A stretch of DNA of 23,635 bases from Paraspadella gotoi (Eukaryota; Animalia; Chaetognatha): positions 1-23,635 of the forward strand of contig JBJCIZ010000019.1 in assembly GCA_051294375.1 (NCBI GenBank). The letters are read 5' to 3'. The position numbers and the translations under genes were made by a program. Below are positions 19,573 through 23,635 of this stretch, piece after piece. The notes beneath the pieces are model-generated. The model had not been told where the DNA came from. It saw only the letters and a list, made by a program, of their open reading frames with translations, and made no database searches. How positions within the stretch are numbered: the stretch's first letter is position 1; each line of letters starts with the position of its first letter.

Positions 19573-20258
19573 AGGGGCGTTGTGAATTCCATCTCCGACG
19601 CCCGCTCTTTGTATATAGTGGGCAGCCTTGGTGTCCGTGGGGTCCCGGCGGGGAGATATTTGAGATTTGATTTTTATTTTTTTTTAGTTGTTTGCCGGGA
19701 CGGTTTAGTATACAGCCCTATCCTCCTTCTGGAGATATGGGGGCTAAAATCTTATTACGGCACATCGAATCATTGTTTAATAGGTTTGGGGTGTACGGAA
19801 GCTCCCTCCCCTGTTAAAACTGCTGAGCTATTTAAATATGGGTGGTTATATGTCACGTGATTTACTTGCTTAACTTGGCACAGTAAGTATAGTAATATTA
19901 CGCGCATTATGTCAGTCTACGGGTTTTTTCCCAGTCGGGCATCCTAAACAATTATTAAATGTGCTTATGGTAAGATAAAGTCGCAAAAGTGTACCTTTGA
20001 TTATAAACTACCTAGGCTAGTTTTTAATCTACATTTTTCCGCAAACCTGTAAATACGTTATATTGTTTATTTCTTAATGTTTTATTTCGTGCCTTTTCTT
20101 TATTCAGAACACAACGGATAGTTTGGCGTCGTCGTTCGTCATCCGGGTCAGTGGTTCTCTCTGGAATTTCATCTGACGACGTTCGACGAAGAGAAACGGT
20201 TTCTATAGTTAGTTTACTCTCTAGATTATAGATTTTTTCTGAATTTATAAATTTTTTC

Positions 20259-20433
20259 GTCTGCGTCCGTACTACGGCCAGACAAAATATTTATATTTTA
20301 TTTTTTGCTTTCCGGGTGCCGTCCCGAAGACCTGCGTCCGTAACCGCGGCCAGGTATTTTTTCTATTACGTCCTGCGACCGTAACCGCGGCCAGGACTTT
20401 AGTACAATCTGCGTCCGTCTCTACGGCCAGATT
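20259..20433. repeat. Four copies of a bulged hairpin, consensus CTG-CGW-CCGT-(3-4 nt loop)-RCGG-C-CAG
   Basis: Copies at 20259-20283, 20330-20355, 20370-20397 and 20406-20433. Confidence 0.85.
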
Positions 20434-23400
20434 TTTTATCTAATAATTTTTTTTCGAGGAATGGTTTTTGGTTTTTTGATTTTTTGATTTTTTGATTTTT
20501 TTTTTTTTGGATTTCTGTTTTATTTTGAAAAAGAACGTTAATCAACAGTATTGCTCAGTCTTAGTATTTTTTCTGTTTTGTCTCGTTTTTGTTTTGGTTT
20601 CGGACGGTTGTATTTTCTTTATTTTCAGAGGCGATGGTCCGGTCGCCAGAAAAGGAAATGGTTTTACTTATCTCAGAAACGCTTTTGAGCGTTGTTTTTT
20701 AATTATTTAGGGTTTTTTAAATTTTTTATCCGTGCGTTTTTATAGGGGTTTAATTTTTTGTAATGAAATCGCGTTGGTTTTTTATTTTTATAATTACCAT
20801 TTTTCGTTTTTTACAATAATTTTTTTATTAAACTCCGTCAGAGCGCGAGCCCGTCTTGGCTCTCTTTTGGTAAAATTTTTTCTCTAAATGATTAACAGGC
20901 CCCGCGCCTGATAGGCTTAGGATTTTTTGTATTTTATTGACGATGGCGCTCAAAGCCTTTCTCTAAGGCTATTTCTCTTTTTTCTGGGAGCTGAAAAGCT
21001 CGTCTTCCTTTTTGTGAATTTAGCTATTTTTCATTTTAAATCAATAGTTATTTTTTACTTCGTTTATTTCGCTTTTTTCTGCTTTATTAAATTCAAAGCT
21101 GAAAAAGCTGGATTCTCCTGTGGCGGGAGTATGGGTTGGGACTCCGAAATACGGATTCGGTTTCCTGTAAAACGCGGCAAATTGTTATTTTCTAATCATT
21201 TTCTTTTAGTCGCGTTCACCGGCGGATTCCCTATTTTTTCTGCACTTTAGCAAACCTTTTTTATGGGGGTGCCCGCTTCAATGCCAAAATTTTTTTTTGA
21301 TCATGTTTTTAAGTTATGTATTTGTTTGTTTCGATTTCTGCACTATGTCGACTTTGATCGGCATAGGGGCGCCTTTAATGACGGAGTCTGGCTTTGTTTC
21401 GTTACGTTGACGTCCGTCTCGCTAACGAAACGTTGTCGGAAAGTGTGACTTTCATGGGCTGGCGGGGGAGTTCGTGGGAGGCTTGTCCCGTGTAGCGGTA
21501 AGTCGGCCCGTACCAGCCTCTCTTGCTTGACAGATTTTTTATTGCTTTGACCATATTTCGAATTTAATATTTTTTGTCTTTTTAGTGAATTTTGAATTTT
21601 TTGTTTCGTTATCGTTGCGTCATTATTTCGCGATTTTTACGGTGGATAACGTTTTATTTCATCATATTCCGTTACGCCCCCGCATTATTGCGTATATTGA
21701 CTCATCGGTATTTTAGTTTCCCAGCCATCGATTTTTTTCGATGCATGTCGATGCATCGTCGATGGCTAAGGTCAGCCACGCCCCTTTTCTCACCGGCGTG
21801 CGAATTTTTCCCCAAATTTTCCCACGTGTGTGAATGCACGCAATATCCGGTTTTCGCCTGCGTGCGACGACACTTCCGGTTCGTAGTGGACGCTGGATCG
21901 TGACGACGATTACGGGTTAAATCTACGAATTTCGAAAGCGGCGTCGAGCGTAGAGGGAACTTGATACGGCGGGACATTTCTGGGAATAAAGCAGCGTGTT
22001 GTCTTTCCTTTTTTCTTAATTTAATATTTTAATTTTGCCTTTTTTAACAATTATTTTTTGCTTTAGTTAAATATTTATTTTTTAAGTGTTTTTTAGTTAA
22101 TTTGTATGTTTGGTTTTCGACAGGTTAACCTCAACTTTTCAATCGATCGTACGGCTTCGATTATCTCCGAGAAAAGTGGTTTATTACCATCATGCCTTTT
22201 TCCCAGGTTTTCGCTGACTTTAACGCTCGGGGAAATTTGCGTTTTCCTTCGCTGGGGAAATTTTCCCCAAACATTACGAATTAACTAACGCGTAGTACTC
22301 CCTTTGTATTTTTTGGGACTTAGCGTTTTTGCTAAATTTTTCGAATAAAAATTTTTTCTTTTTTGTACGAACAGGTTCGTTCCTTCCGTTCGTGGGGGGG
22401 TACGACCAATTTTTCGATAGAATTATTTAGTATTTTTTAGAAAAATATATTTTTTAATAATACTTTGTTCGTTTTAGGAAAATTATTATTTTTTCGATTA
22501 TTTAGTATTAAGGTTCTAACCCAACAAATTTCAAAGCTTTTATTTAGTCTTCGTTTCAGATTCGTCTTTCAAGATTTTTACGGTGAAAGTTCAATTCGTG
22601 TTCGTTATGGGTCAAAGTCGTTTTGGATCAAGCAAGAGGAGGACAAAAACAACCAACGCTCGGCCAAAGGCGTGTTCTTCCGACCAGAACAAGACGGAAG
22701 AACAAAACCTCTCTTCGGAGCGGTGTTGCCAACCACCCCACTGCAAAGAACATTTTATTCCGTCCAATTTTTTTGTATTTATTCATGTTTGTATTTTGTA
22801 TTAGCTCAAGAGTAGATGGCGCAATTTAGAGTAGGTAAGAATAATATAAAATTATCTCTCTTTGATCGTTTATATTATTCGTAAGTTTGCCCCTAATGTT
22901 TTTTCGCTTTTTTAGAATTTTTGCTTTCGACTTTCGAATGTCTCTAGACGTGACAGGAGCTTCGTGAGCCGACGCTTAAATATTACGATTTTTAGGCGTT
23001 CGAAGTGACGGTCTTCTCTATCCACGACTGTCTCCCTGCGCGCCGCTCAGGCGGGCGACTCTTCCTTTACGTATAGCCGATTCCGCACAGAATTGGTTGG
23101 GAAAAGTCGCCGGGAAACTTCGAAATTTTTTCTATTCGGTAACGATAAGTTGTTTGTTCGACCTTCGCCTTTTCTCGGCGGCGAACAACTTTACAAACAC
23201 CCTTTATAGTACTTCCCTGATCGAACGTTTACGACGCGGTTATCTGATGGCAAGTAAATCGTTTCGTATTCGTTTGGTCTATTGTACGCCCACTTTTTTG
23301 TATTTTTTCTACTTTATGGTTAAGCTGGCAGGGTGCTGGGTAGGGAGCCAGCGACGAGAAGGTTTATCATATTATTGCTTTGCTTACTTTTTGGCAGGGT

Positions 23401-23635
23401 TCGAGGGTCTCGCCCCATCCGTAGTCTTTTTGCTTAGCCTTGCCGAATACTTGATCTCGTTGCTTCGGCATTCGGATGCTTAAAGTAAGGTTAAACCAAT
23501 AAAGTAACTTCCTTCAGCGCTTCTTAGAATGATTACGTTTTTAGAGTTATAGATTATTAGGTTTTCGTATTTTCGGGTTTAGTATTTTGACAGAAATTGA
23601 TTTCGTTTTTAGGTCTAGTTTAATATTTTTTATTT

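Noticed and set aside
20259-20433. CRISPR-like array
   Set aside because: Eukaryotic context, no cas genes, non-identical repeats and irregular spacers (46, 14 and 8 nt).
19570-21140. PPT-like tracts as the start of a 3' LTR (AGAGGGGCG-TTGT ~19571, GGCGGGGAGA ~19647, GGCGGGAGTATG ~21122)
   Set aside because: None is followed by sequence that I can match to anything upstream of gag.
20492-23483. Phe/Leu-rich short ORFs as membrane proteins
   Set aside because: Explained by the T-rich composition; no coding bias or recognisable motifs.

Overview
Eukaryotic (probably invertebrate) genomic DNA from an error-rich, gapped assembly. Bases 1-~4000 hold four full exons and one exon end of an unidentified + strand host gene. 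Its introns carry (GA)n/(CT)n microsatellites, a GGCGCCGTCATTTC-like minisatellite and a (TTTAGATG)n satellite. From ~4400 the window is dominated by a BEL/Pao LTR retrotransposon on the + strand: Gag with zinc knuckles, protease, RT, RNase H, HHCC/DDE integrase and C-terminal DUF5641-type domain. The gag-pol interior is present twice. Copy A (~8660-12007) is forward. Copy B (12033-~16165) has its PR-RT-RH part (13107-~15495) inverted. The junctions sit at or near N gaps and the differences are mostly indels, so this is most likely a gap-filling artefact and the frameshifts are probably sequencing errors. The most interesting part lies after pol: a cluster of TTTTCAG acceptors, two non-env ORFs joined by a TGATG stop/start overlap (the second a 411-aa disordered protein with Arg-rich motifs), then a U-rich, hairpin-studded tract. 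That tract includes four bulged stem-loops whose outer stems differ in sequence but stay paired. I infer, but cannot prove, a Rev/RRE-like regulatory module. No 3' LTR is visible, so the element boundaries and the membership of the 3' region are unconfirmed.
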